From assembly GCA_951406725.2 (NCBI GenBank), contig OX597814.1, positions 223,882,001 to 223,946,000 of the forward strand: 64,000 nucleotides of DNA, in the 5' to 3' direction. Position numbers and translations under genes: made by a program. This stretch comes from Octopus vulgaris. Taxonomy: Eukaryota. Position 1 is the first letter of the stretch. The number at the start of each line of letters is the position of its first letter. A model generated the notes under the pieces. It made no database searches, had not been told where the DNA came from, and saw only the letters and a program-made list of their open reading frames with translations. Positions 1-11,840 of this stretch are shown here, piece by piece.

Positions 1-674
1 TTAAATAAATGGATTCTCAACAAAACACTTTTTTCCTTGGCGTAAAATAAAAACAAAACTCTTTCGCGCCCAAAGTAATGTGTGTGTGAGATGGGGGAGA
101 AACATGAACGATTTAAAATAAATATAGGATTTAAAATATATTTTAACTGTTTTGTGAGAAAGTATATATAATCTGATTAGGAAATATAGTGCCTTTCAAA
201 AACATTCTAAATTTGAAGACTATATCTCGTGTTTAAGAAAACAACAAGACATTTTACACTCTCTCACTTTGTCTTTACCTTTTTTTGTTAGATGCTGTCA
301 AACACATTCTCTTTCTCTCCCTGACACACACACACATACATCAACACACAACTCATATGTATATATATATATATGACACTGCCTCATTCCGACCATCCCC
401 TTTAGTACCCTCCCGCCTCGTAATATCCTACGTTTTTATTTCTTAGGAACCTACACCAACCCTTCCTGCCATCGTTCCTCCTTACCCCAACCTTCCCCAC
501 TGGTTGCTCCCCTATATTACCCGCCTCAACTGGACCCCCCCCTCCCCAACTCAACTCTAGAATATCTGTATTTCTTTCCTCTACCTAATTACGTTACTCA
601 GTGACGATAAATGCTGTGACTACAAAGACCCGGGCTGCTTTCTGCAGCAATTCCACATACCCCCTACCCATTCT

Positions 675-739
675 AAGTACCCCGGATCCCCAAAGTACCC
701 TGGATCCCCAAAGTACCCCGATCCCCAAAGTACCCCGGA
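675..739. repeat. Short tandem repeat, ~18-bp unit x ~3.5
   Basis: aagtaccccggatcccca repeated. Confidence 0.85.
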
Positions 740-744
740 CCTCG

Positions 745-1008
745 TTGCCCCCGTGCCGCTGACACGTTAAAATGCTCGAACCGATCGTGACGATGCCGGA
801 CCCTCCGGCCCCTGTGCAGGTGGCACGTAAAAAGCACCCAATCCACTCACGGAGTGGTTGGCGTTAGGAAGGGCATCCAGCCGTAGAAACTCTGCCAGAT
901 TCAGACTGGAGCCTGGTGCGGCCCCTGGCTTCCCAGACCCGGTCAAACCGTCCAACCCGTGCTAGCGCGGAAAGCGGACGTTAAACGATGATGATGATGA
1001 TGATGATG
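745..1008 (+). mobile_element. 3' end of RTE LINE (5'-truncated) with (ATG)n tail
   Basis: Same terminus as the RTE at 13472-16580. Further copies at about 36243-37022(-), 44270-44570(+), 62678-62790(-) and 63368-63567(+). Confidence 0.8.
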
Positions 1009-1086
1009 ATATATACATACATAGATATATACATATGTACATATACACACACAGACGCACACATAAATACAAAGCGTAACACATAC

Positions 1087-1286
1087 TTTGGAAGCTTCCC
1101 CAGCCATGTCTTGTGCTTCTTTTGCTTTATCAAGTGCTTCTTTAGCATCATCTTCAGCCCCTAGAAGAGCAGTCTGTGACTGAGCCGTTTTCGCTTCCGC
1201 TTGCCGAATCATTTTTTTGATTTCACCAACTTTAGTTAAAGACTTCTCTGCTTTCTTTTTATTGTCTGCCACATTTCTATCAAAGT
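1087..1286 (-). CDS. LAMC1: Laminin gamma exon, coiled coil (200 nt)
   Basis: FDRNVADNKKKAEKSLTKVGEIKKMIRQAEAKT...ALLGAEDDAKEA...GEASK. Confidence 0.9.
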
Positions 1287-1446
1287 CTGCAATCAAAGAA
1301 AGAAATAATATACTAATTCGTGGCGAAATGAAAATTCAGTTATACATCAACAGTGTGCAGAATGTGTGTGATGGATATGTGTTTATGTATATTTATGTGA
1401 GGTAAGAAACTGATATGAAAATATCATATATATATATATATATATA

Positions 1447-1845
1447 GGCACAGGAGTGGCTGTGTGGTAAGTAGCTTGCTTACCAACCACATGGTTCTGG
1501 GTTCAGTCCCACTGTGTGGCACCTTCGGCAAGTGTCTTCTACTATAGCCTCGGGCCAACCAAAGTCTTGTGGGTGGATTTGGTAGACGGAAACTGAAAGA
1601 AGCCTGTCATGTATATATATATGTGTGTGTGTGTATGTTTGTGTGTCTGTGTTTGTCCCCCTAGCATTGCTTGACAACCGATGCTGGTGTGTTTATGTCC
1701 CCGTCACTTAGCGGTTCGGCAAAAGAGACTGATAGAATAAGTACTGGGCTTACAAAGAATAAGTCCCGGGTTCGATTTGCTCGACTAAAGGCGGTGCTCC
1801 AGCATGGCCACAGTCAAATGACTGAAACAAGTAAAAGAGTAAAAG
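1447..1845 (+). mobile_element. tRNA-derived SINE family A (~400 bp, internal TA/TG microsatellite)
   Basis: Pol III A/B-box-like head (tggctgtgtgg...ggttcagtcc) and (gtaaaaga)n tail; about 15 full or partial copies in the window. Confidence 0.9.
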
Positions 1846-1930
1846 GATAAGATTGATATTTAAATATCGAACTTATCAAGGGGCCAGCATGGGAATAAAA
1901 ACCTTCAAAGGTAATGATAATTATTATTAA

Positions 1931-2121
1931 AATTATAATTTAGGGTATCTAAGAGATACCACTACGCTTGAAATAACAGCCAAAACTTGACTCTAAAGCC
2001 ACATTAAAATTTCATACAGTTCTCTCCTGGTGCTGTATGAATTTTTAATGTGGCTTTAGAGTCAAGTTTTGGCTGCTATTTCAAATGTGGAGGTATCTCT
2101 TAGATACCCTAAATTATAATT
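1931..2121. repeat. Near-perfect palindrome, ~88-bp arms with a 13-nt loop
   Basis: aattataatttagggtatctaagagatacc... / ...ggtatctcttagataccctaaattataatt. Confidence 0.9.
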
Positions 2122-2641
2122 ATATATATATATATATTTAAAATGACAAAAGTTGCCTATGGGCCACAAACCCACATATGCTGTAAACATGACAGAAGTC
2201 TTACAAGCAACAATTGTTTCCATCAAAAGGGTTTTTAACCAAACATTTACATGCTTTATCAACAGCCTTATCTGCTTCAAGCTCTACAGTTAATTTTATA
2301 TATATATATATTTATATATTTGTGGCTGTGTGGTAAGAAGGTTGCTTCCCAACAACAGGGTTCTGGGTTTGGTCCCATTATGTAGCACCTTGGCCAAGTG
2401 TCTTCTACTATAACCTCGGGGTCAACCAAAGCCTTGTGAGTGGATTTGGTAGACAGAAACTGAGAGAAGTCCATCATGTGCCATGCAGTGGGGCTGAAAT
2501 TTGACTGGGTAGATGAGAAATGTAAGTAAATTTTAACATTTTTTGAAGAGTACCATATTACCATTTTTTCTTATTTTGCTTCACATTTTAAAGAAATTAA
2601 GACAAAAATTGAAATCAAGAAAGAAGAAAATAAGCACCTAC

Positions 2642-2756
2642 CCTTGAGAGTTTTCAGGGTTTCTTGAGCTTCTTTTAGAATAGCTTCACCTTTTTCTACA
2701 GCTTCCTTAGCTTTTGAATTAGCCTTGAAAATGTCTGACATCAACTTATCTGTTTC
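2642..2756 (-). CDS. LAMC1: Laminin gamma exon, coiled coil (115 nt)
   Basis: ETDKLMSDIFKANSKAKEAVEKGEAILKEAQETLKTLK; phase 0-1. Confidence 0.9.
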
Positions 2757-2847
2757 CTACAGTGATGGAGTAGAAATAAAGATTGTAAATTAGAACAGTG
2801 GTTATGTTGACAGTAATGAAATGATGTGTGTGTGTGTGTGTGTGTGT

Positions 2848-3778
2848 ACATCATCATCATCATTGTTCGACCGTGGTCGAGACAATGGAATTTACTATGT
2901 TACGCCAGACTTCACGGTCCATCATAGCATTACGGAGGTCCTGTTGCTGGATGCCTGTATCCCTGGAGATTACATCAGGGTACGAGAGTGTGCGCCCTCT
3001 GGTATTGCGAGTAGATGGCTTCCAGAGGAGAAGAGTAGAAATGACTTCTTTTTCAGTTCTACAACAATGTCCAGCAAACTGGACTCTCCTACCTTTCACA
3101 AGAGATGACACAGGTGGTAATTTCCCATATATTTGCATTTTGGTTGGATGGCGCTTCCACGAGAGATTTTGAGCTCTCATAAGGAGGCGAGTGTAGGTTC
3201 CATCCAACCGCCTCTCAGGCTTCTTTGATAACGTCCAGGTTTCTGAGCCATTTAGTAGAATTGGTTCGACTGTGGCTTTGAATATTTCAAATTTGAAGTC
3301 TCTACTTAGATTTGATGACCAGATCTTATGCATGTCATTACAGGCTGACCAGGCCATACCCTTTCTAGATAGAAAGTCTTTTCCAGATGATGATTTGTAT
3401 GACCCAAGATATTTATAATCAAAATCCATATTTAAAGGCACACTGTTGAGAGTATGGATGATGCAATCACTGTTGGACAGGCACTTGTTTACGTATTCAG
3501 TTTTGACCTCATGGAGGTAAAGACCTACACAATTTGAGGCTTGTTCAAGAGATTGTAAAAGAGACTGGGCATTGGAGAGAGAATCACTGATAAGAGCGAT
3601 GTCGTCAGTAAAGTCAGTGTCTGTCAAGTACTCAGCTGGGTGTCTGGAACTTCTTCTTGGTTTTATTTCAAAGCCCTTGCCAGAGATGGTATCAACTGAC
3701 ATATGTAGCACATAATCAACAACAATGATGAAAAGAAATGGGGCGAGTGTGTCTCCCTGCAGTATTCCGGCTTTGATT
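2848..3778 (-). mobile_element. 5'-truncated RTE-like LINE, second family (RT C-terminal half in one open frame)
   Basis: GILQGDTLAPFLF, DFTDD (degenerate FADD), YKYLGS, ILLNGSETWTL; short (TGA)n tail right after the stop. Confidence 0.88.
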
Positions 3779-3839
3779 GTGTGTATATACATACATGTGC
3801 ATGTGTGAATTTGTCTATATATAAATGTATACATGTATG

Positions 3840-4030
3840 ATTGGATGCTGAAAAGTTCCTGGCTTCAAGGGTATTGCTAAAGCCCTTGTTGGAGGTCCAA
3901 CCGTCCGAGTTCTGAAGGACCACTGCAACAAGTGTATGATTCTGAGAGAGGAATATGGTGAACAAAATCATAATTAACTGATCCTCCTGTATTTTCTTTT
4001 GCCCAAAGTCAAGAACTATTCAGCACCCTG
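3840..4030. mobile_element. Tc1/mariner-type MITE
   Basis: Terminal inverted repeats (TIRs) gctgaaaagttcctggctt / aagccaggaacttttcagcaccc; other copies at ~10299-10510 and partial ~21425-21530. Confidence 0.7.
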
Positions 4031-4274
4031 TCATATGTTTGTGCCTGTATATAAATGTACATATAAAAAGTACAAGCATGGCTGTGTGGTAAGTGGTTTG
4101 CTTTCCAATCACACAGTTTCAGGTTCAGTCCCACAACACAGTATATTGGGGAACTATCTTCTACTATAGCCCCAGACCAACCAAAATCTTGGGGGTGAAT
4201 CTGGTAGATAGAAACTGAGATAAGCCCATTGCACGTGTGGGTGTACATATGTGTATGTGTGTACATATCTATAT

Positions 4275-4509
4275 ATAACGTGACAGTCTCGTAGAGGGAA
4301 TTGCACCACCGCTATATAGCCCTAGGAATCATCGTCGCTTCCTGTCAGCTTTGACACATTTCCTGTTGCTAGTCCTAGCTGGTGGGGGTGCTTGCCTCCC
4401 CTTTGCAAATATAAGGACACAGGAAATGTGTCAAAGCTGACAGGAAGCATCGATGATTCCTAGGGCTAAACAGTGGTGGTGTAATTCCCATACGGGACTG
4501 TCACGTTAT
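4275..4509. mobile_element. Fold-back MITE with ~90-bp inverted arms
   Basis: ataacgtgacagtc...tttgacacatttcctgt / acaggaaatgtgtcaaa...gactgtcacgttat. Confidence 0.8.
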
Positions 4510-4580
4510 GTTGACTTTATACAACCATTATATCGCTCCACCGCTGCTCATGTCTTGTTGAGACATTTAGAAATTCAATA

Positions 4581-4646
<66 letters not shown>

Positions 4647-4664
4647 ATATGTACACACATATCT

Positions 4665-5412
4665 CGATGTGGATAGCTGTGTAAAAAAGTGCCACACCCT
4701 AGCAGTTGAGGGAACCTGTGGAAGAGGTAGACCCAAGAAGACCTGGGATGAGGTGGTGAAGCAATGACTAGTGACCGGGACCTTTGGAAATATGCTGTGC
4801 TTGAGAAGACTCGGCAAGCTCAAGTGAGACCATAAACCTTGTGGTCTATGTCAGGGGTGTAACCAGCCCACTTTATGCGTACCTTTCCCTCATTGGACAC
4901 TAAACTCTGCTTGCGAAGACCTGTTGAGGCAAGTGAAATTGAAATCAAGTTTGATGACTGGCATCCGTGCTAGTGGAGCGCAAAGAGTACCATACAAGCG
5001 TGATCATTGCCAGAGCAACAAGCTGGCCTCCGTGCCGATGGCACATAGAAAAGCACCATTCGAGCGTGATCGTTACCTACGTCGCCTTACTGGCACTTGT
5101 GCTGGTGGCACGTGAAAAAACATTCGAATGAGGTCGTTGCCACTGCCGCTGGACTGGCTCCTGTGCAGGTGGCACATAAAAAACACCATTTGAGCGAGGT
5201 CGTCGCCAGTACCGCCTGATTGGCCCTCGTGCCGGTGGCACGTAAAAGCACCCACTACAATCTCAGAGTGGTTGGCATTAGGAAGGGCATCCAGCCATAG
5301 AAACTCTGCCAGATCAGATTGGAATTTGGTGCAGCCATCTGGTTCACCAGACCTCGGCCAAATCATCCAACCCATGCTAGCATGGAAAGCGGATGTTAAA
5401 TGATGATGATGA
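4665..5412 (+). mobile_element. RTE LINE 3' fragment (ORF end + 3' UTR)
   Basis: Encodes KCHTLAVEGTCGRGRPKKTWDEVVK and DRDLWKYAV as in ORF 15229-16580, then the UTR and (ATG)n. Confidence 0.88.
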
Positions 5413-5672
5413 TATATATATTTCCCCATACATATATTGGCAGATATGGTATAAACCCAATGAGAAGATGATAACTCTACCATCAAACAAAATGGTAAGA
5501 GTTGAGAGCGGAAGCCATTCATTGTAAAGACAGACTTTAGATGTGATGAAGAAGATAGAAGATTGGAGTAAAACGGTAAATGCTGACCAACACAGCCAGG
5601 CCAAGAGGGAGACAAAATGGTTTAGAACTAAAAAAAAAATGACGATTATATTTTTAGAACAATTTTTAACAA

Positions 5673-6412
5673 CTAAATTAAATCATACCTAAAATTAAAT
5701 CATACTTGTTAAATCATACCTAAAATTAAATCATACCTAAAATTAAATCATACCTAAAATTAAATCATACCTAAAATTAAATCATACCTAAAATTAAATC
5801 ATACCTAAAATTAAATCATACCTGTTAAATCATACCTAAAATTAAATCATACCTAAAATTAAATCATACCTAAAATTAAATCATACCTGTTAAATCATAC
5901 CTAAAATTAAATCATACCTAAAATTAAATCATACCTAAAATTAAATCATACCTAAAATTAAATCATACCTGTTAAATCATACCTAAAATTAAATCATACC
6001 TAAAATTAAATCATACCTGTTAAATCATACCTAAAATTAAATCATACCTAAAATTAAATCATACCTAAAATTAAATCATACCTAAAATTAAATCATACCT
6101 AAAATTAAATCATACCTAAAATTAAATCATACCTAAAATTAAATCATACCTAAAATTAAATCATACCTGTTAAATCATACCTAAAATTAAATCATACCTA
6201 AAATTAAATCATACCTAAAATTAAATCATACCTGTTAAATCATACCTAAAATTAAATCATACCTAAAATTAAATCATACCTAAAATTAAATCATACCTAA
6301 AATTAAATCATACCTAAAATTAAATCATACCTAAAATTAAATCATACCTGTTAAATCATACCTAAAATTAAATCATACCTAAAATTAAATCATACCTAAA
6401 ATTAAATCATAC
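5673..6412 (-). repeat. Minisatellite of 17-bp (gtatgatttaattttag) and 14-bp (gtatgatttaacag) units, ~45 units
   Basis: Direct reading; the array starts exactly at the donor GT of exon 6413-6535. Confidence 0.97.
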
Positions 6413-6535
6413 CTGTTGCTTGTTTAAAGCATCTTCATAGAGAAGATTTGCCTTCCTCTTCTCTTCATCAACCTCATTCAACATGTCATTGTTTGCAGTC
6501 AATGTTTCTTGTAGAGACTTCTGAATTTCATTAGC
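6413..6535 (-). CDS. LAMC1: Laminin gamma exon, coiled coil (123 nt)
   Basis: ANEIQKSLQETLTANNDMLNEVDEEKRKANLLYEDALNKQQ; phase 0-0; donor CAG|gtatga. Confidence 0.88.
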
Positions 6536-7445
6536 CTAAAGACAATACAATAAATATGATTTTTATGTGAGCCAAAATTGAAAATAGTTCATGAAATGAG
6601 GTTGTAATAATTTGAAGTTGTATGCACTCTCAGACAGGTGCTTAAATATGTGTGTGTGTGTGTGTGTGTGCATGCTCGTGTGTTTGTTTGTTACAGGTAA
6701 AGGGAAACAAAATTATGTATGTAAACCAAAGTTTTTCTCAAAAATATGAGACAAGCATTTGAACAAAGATTTTGCTTGGACAAGCAACTCAATTAATCTA
6801 ACAATTGACAAACATTTGACTCAAATGTTTTCTAATACAAGAGTGTACTGGTGATATTCACACTGCATTCAACTCCATCCTCATCTCAAATCATCTATCA
6901 CACTCACTTCATTCTGGCACACTTTCCTACCCACTCATATTTTTTCTTCTGTCCCATTAACTTCACATATTTACTTATTTCTCTCTCTCTCTCTCTCTCT
7001 CCATCTGGGAAACCCATGTATTCACCTCTTCCACAAGACACTTGCTCCTGTCCTATTATATTTTTATATTCCTCAATGCTATACTTCACTCTGCTGAAGG
7101 TGCTTGCCATATTGGTCAGCCCAAGGCTATAGTAGAAGACACTTGCCCAAGGTGCCACACAGTGAAACTGAACCCGGAACCATGTGGTTGGTAAGCAAGC
7201 TACTTACCACACAGCCACTCCTGCACCTTAAATTTATTATAAACACTAAGTCCTACATATTAAGTTAAAAGATTTTAGTTAACAGAATATATTTAATAAG
7301 ATATTTTGTGTATTTGTTTTAAGATATATTGTTGGATTTTTGTTCGATTTTTTTTATCAAAAAATTATGTATTTTTATATATATTTATACTTTCTTATTA
7401 GATAATATATGTACATTTATATAATTATGTTATTGTTTTTATCTC

Positions 7446-7528
7446 GGACCTGATGAGTGACTATATTTAAATTGAATTGATTTTACAGTTATCAGTTTGA
7501 AAATATAGCCACAAAACACGTGTAGTCT
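7446..7528 (+). ncRNA. Degenerate type I hammerhead ribozyme motif (Penelope-type)
   Basis: ggac CTGATGA gtgactatattt...aaatatagccac AAAA cacgtg ta gtct; GAAA mutated to AAAA. Confidence 0.6.
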
Positions 7529-7679
7529 ATTAACTAATTATATACTATTTATTTATTGTTTCGTACTTAATTTAGTTCAAGGTAAATGTTTTATCCTATC
7601 TTTGATTTTTTTCTTTATTGTATGATTTAAGTATATCATTATTGAATTGCTACATGGTGGTTCTTCTTTGATGTGTGTG

Positions 7680-7726
<47 letters not shown>

Positions 7727-8339
7727 AGGAAATGCAAACCATTAGGCAAGACAAATGTCCTTGTCATACCTTGCTTGTTTTTCTTCACTACTTTAACCTA
7801 TAACTACTGACTCAAAGGGAAGCCACCTTTAGCTGCTTTGAACAAGACAATCACATAATCACAACTTCAGCAGCTGTTCAAACTGGAATTTTGGTGGCAC
7901 ACTCATTTGAGCACTCAAAATGCATTCCTACTATTTTGTGTCATCCTGACAAAAACTCTTCATATCCATTATATGTGTGTGTGTGTGGGATGTTCTCTTT
8001 TACTGGTATCAGTCTGTGGCCATGCTGGAGTATTGCCTTCAAGGTTGTAATCAAACAAATTGACCCCAACATTTACTTTTTTAAAGTCTGATGTCTATTT
8101 TAAAGATTTCTTCTTATTTGTCAAACTGCTAAAGTTACAGGGATGTAAGTAAACCAACAACAGTTGTCAAGAGGTGAGAGATAAACACACACACATATAT
8201 ATGTATACAAACACATGACACATACATGTATACATACAAACACATATATATGTATACATACAAGCACATGCACACACACATATATATGTATACAAACACA
8301 TGTACACATACATATATACATACAAACACACATATATAT

Positions 8340-8550
8340 ATTTCTTTACTGCCAAGAAGGGGCTAAACATAGAGGGGACAAACAAGGACAAACAAAGGAA
8401 TTAAGTCGATTACATCAACCCCAGTGCGAAACTGGTACTTTATTTATCGACCCCGAAAGGATGAAAGGCAAAGTCGATCTCGGCGGAATTTGAACTCGGA
8501 ACGTAACAGCAGACGAAATACGGCTACGCATTTCGCCCAGCGTGCTAACG
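8340..8550 (-). mobile_element. SINE family B (MetaSINE/MESC-like core gactttgcctttcatcctttcggggtcgataaa)
   Basis: Other copies at ~12660-12835(-), 24193-24405(+), 46370-46566(-), 53638-53870(-), 54231-54465(+), 63583-63811(-). Confidence 0.85.
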
Positions 8551-8734
8551 TCTCTGCCAGCTCGCCACCTTATATGTATACACATATATATATATACATA
8601 CAAGCACATGCACACACACACACACATATATGTATACATACAAACACACACAGTGAACTGACTGCTGCTGTCACAAACACTAATTTCTACATATATCAAT
8701 GATCGATCATCGTTGATTTTAACAAAATAATTAC

Positions 8735-8912
8735 CTCTTGCTTGATTTTTTCAGCCTCCGTAACTAAGTGATCCACATTGACGTTAGAAATGTTAAATCG
8801 AGCAATTTTTGTATTTATTGCCAAAGCTTTGTTTAATGCGTCTTCGGCCTTCATTTTGGCATTTTTGGATAAGATCTCCGTCTGATGCATCAGATTTTTG
8901 TTATTTTCATTC
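8735..8912 (-). CDS. LAMC1: Laminin gamma exon, coiled coil (178 nt)
   Basis: NENNKNLMHQTEILSKNAKMKAEDALNKA...EAEKIKQE; phase 2-0. Confidence 0.88.
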
Positions 8913-10735
8913 CTGAATTTAAAAATAAATTTGGTAAAAAAAAGTTACATTTTTACTAGCTTTTATTTATGTTTATTTGTACAAACAAAAATTTGTTTAC
9001 TAGGAAAGTTGGTCTTTCTGATATAACTGATACATTTATTTTACAGTAGAATGCTCTTTTTAAAACTAAACTACTCATCATTTTACAATATCTTTCTGCA
9101 TGACAAATAAGTACTATTGTCAGTTAATGGACTGCTGACTGCAACCAAACAACATTTACCAATATATGAAAAATGAAATTCTGTAGATTACACAACTATC
9201 TACTATTTAGTTGTCAAACAAAATAAAACAGCAAAACAAAGGTAAGATTATATTTTACCATTGTCAGGTGGGCTGTAGGATTAGTATATAGATATGGTGG
9301 TATAATGGTTCAAAGTAGAGAAGAGATCTACTATAACTTCTCCAAGGTAGAACACTAGTTCGTGTTGCATATAATATTACAAAAGATCAAACTAAATCTT
9401 GAATAATCTGATGTTCTGTTGAAAGACATACCTTAAAACACCTGAGATAAATTAAAACTTTATATCCACTTGGAATTAATAGAACTAAACTTTAGTCCTT
9501 CCTACCTGAGGGAAGAAAAACTTGGCAATCTTGACTTAACATTTTGGTATTTAAACCAGCCAAATCCAGCCCAAATATTTTACCAGTTTTATGTAAAAAC
9601 CAGCCAGATATGGCCTCTCACACCAATTTTACAATGTCATTATAAAAATAATCAATTACATCACTGAAATCTAAAAGCTACAAGAAAATACATGATAAAT
9701 TCAAAGGAATGTAAATAAGCATTAATTACATTTGGTAGAGTAATCTGAATGTTAAATCTGAATCTTAATCTGAATGTTAAATCTGAATCTTAATCTGAAT
9801 GTTAATCTATCACCTCATTGAACATCCCACCTGGTCCAATGAGTGCCTTTCAATGAGTTCATTGGTTATGAGCATCCGAGCCAGGTCTTAAATTTGAGAA
9901 GAATTTCTGTATTACCAGTGGCAGAGACATTAGAAAGGATTATCTGTATCGCCTTTACTCCTCTCAATTAACAAAATCTCTATCATCATATTTTCCAGCA
10001 TTCTAGTCAGCATAGAACATTTAGTGTAAACATTTAAACGTGGTCACTATCTTTTCAAATCCAGCTGCATTTCCCATGGAGTTTTTGGTCGTCCAAAGTA
10101 GTCTTGGTGTAAACTGGATGTAAATTTTGGCCTGAAAATCTCAACTTGTACGTTGGGAAAACTCAACTAAAATGTTTTCTTTATCTTCTAGTACAAATAT
10201 GTTTGTTTTTGCTTTTTCTTTCCTCAGCAAAAGTTTAACATTTTATCCTTGGTTTCATGGCAATGAATACCAGGATTCTTAACTAACATACACAGGGTGG
10301 GGTACTGAAAAGTTCTTGGTTTTAAGGGTATCACAAAAGGTCTTGTTGGAGGCCCAACCTTCTGAGTTCTTTTACAGGGCTTAGAAAAACTGAACGACCA
10401 TTGCAATAAGTGTAGGAATCTGAGAGGGGAAAATGTTGCATAAAACTATAATTAACCAATCCTCCTGATTTTGTTTTTTTACCCAGAAGCCAGGAACTTT
10501 TCAGCACCCCTTTATAAATACTTAATAATGTGTGAAAGAGCATGTGGTTCTCTAAGTAATCTGGAAGTAAGTAATATTTAAGTACCTGAAGAGTTTAAAC
10601 ATATTTACTCTATGTTCCTTAAGTTAACTGACCAAAAATTAACTACATTTCTCATTCTTCTTATTTGTGAATGGGGCTGTTATTGTCAGCAAAAAGTACC
10701 ATTTGCACCTGGTAATTCAAAATGCTGATACTCAC

Positions 10736-10873
10736 ATGGAATTAAGCCGACTGATCTCATTGGCTAATCTCTCAGGGAATCGATACAGATCCTTCGTAGT
10801 TTGAAGAGCATCTCTTGAAATATTCAAAGCTTCATTTGCATTTTTCTCAGTTTCTTTGGCATCACTCATCTGT
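10736..10873 (-). CDS. LAMC1: Laminin gamma exon, coiled coil (138 nt)
   Basis: QMSDAKETEKNANEALNISRDALQTTKDLYRFPERLANEISRLNS; phase 2-2. Confidence 0.88.
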
Positions 10874-11014
10874 CTGAAAAGTAACACAAAAAAAAAAAGA
10901 TAAATACATACATATTTAGTTCAGCTTCACTCAACATCAAAATAATCACTTTAAGATTCTTTATTCCAGGTAAGTCAGATGAATATTCTTGATATTCTTT
11001 TTTTTTTTCCTTTT

Positions 11015-11411
11015 TTCTTTTACTTGTTTCAGTTATTTGACTGCGGCCATGCTGGAGCACTGCTTTTAATCGAGCAACTCGACCCCAGGACTTATTCTTT
11101 TGTAAGCCCAGTACTTATTCTATCGGTCTCTTTTGCCGAACCGCTAAGTGACGGGGACGTAAACACACCAGCATCGGTTGTCAAGCAATGCTAGGGGGAC
11201 AAACACAGACACACAAACACACACATACACATATATATACATATATACGACGGGCTTCTTTCAGTTTCCATCTACCAAATCCACTCACAAGGCTTTGGTC
11301 GGCCCGAGGCTGTAGTAGAAGACACTTGCTCAAGGTGCCCCACAGTGGGACTGAACCCGGAACCATGTGGTTGGTAAACAAGCTACTTACCACACAGCCA
11401 CTCCTACGCCT
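11015..11411 (-). mobile_element. SINE family A, full copy
   Basis: Reverse complement of 1447-1845. Confidence 0.9.
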
Positions 11412-11530
11412 TGGAAATAATATATTTCCAATACAGCAACACACTAAATACACTTCATTTCCTGATTACTTACTTATCAACCAGAATTACACAACTTAGT
11501 AAATTATTAAGTCAGTTTCATTTTACTTAC

Positions 11531-11840
11531 TGTTTAGCAGTTAGCATGGCTCTGGCTGCAATACTTTTCATTTTGTCAGAGCGGGTTCCAAACTTCGTGG
11601 TGGCAAGCTGAGCTTGTTTCAGTGCCGTTTGGCCTTCATTGTCGATGTAATCAGAAGCTCTGGCTATCTCTCTCTCAGCCCGTCTTATAGCATCTTGTGC
11701 TTCTGTAATGAAGTCTTGTGTGCGACGAATATCTTTGTCAGCAGCTTCCACACTACCAGCTATCATACCACATTTGTCCATGATGTCCGAAATGGCGTTC
11801 TTTAAATCGTCCAACTGCTTACCAAAAGTACTATTTGTTC
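11531..11840 (-). CDS. LAMC1: Laminin gamma exon, coiled coil (310 nt)
   Basis: TNSTFGKQLDDLKNAISDIM...FGTRSDKMKSIAARAMLTAK; phase 1-2. Confidence 0.9.

Noticed and set aside
5673-6412. CRISPR-like array, or a chain of true 14-17 nt mini-introns
   Set aside because: There are no unique spacers or cas genes and the context is eukaryotic; the units are far below normal metazoan intron size and no exon lies between them.
8121-8702. ORFs rich in C/V/Y/I/H/T (also at 60519-60831 and 62691-63046)
   Set aside because: They are translations of TA/CA microsatellites and SINEs.
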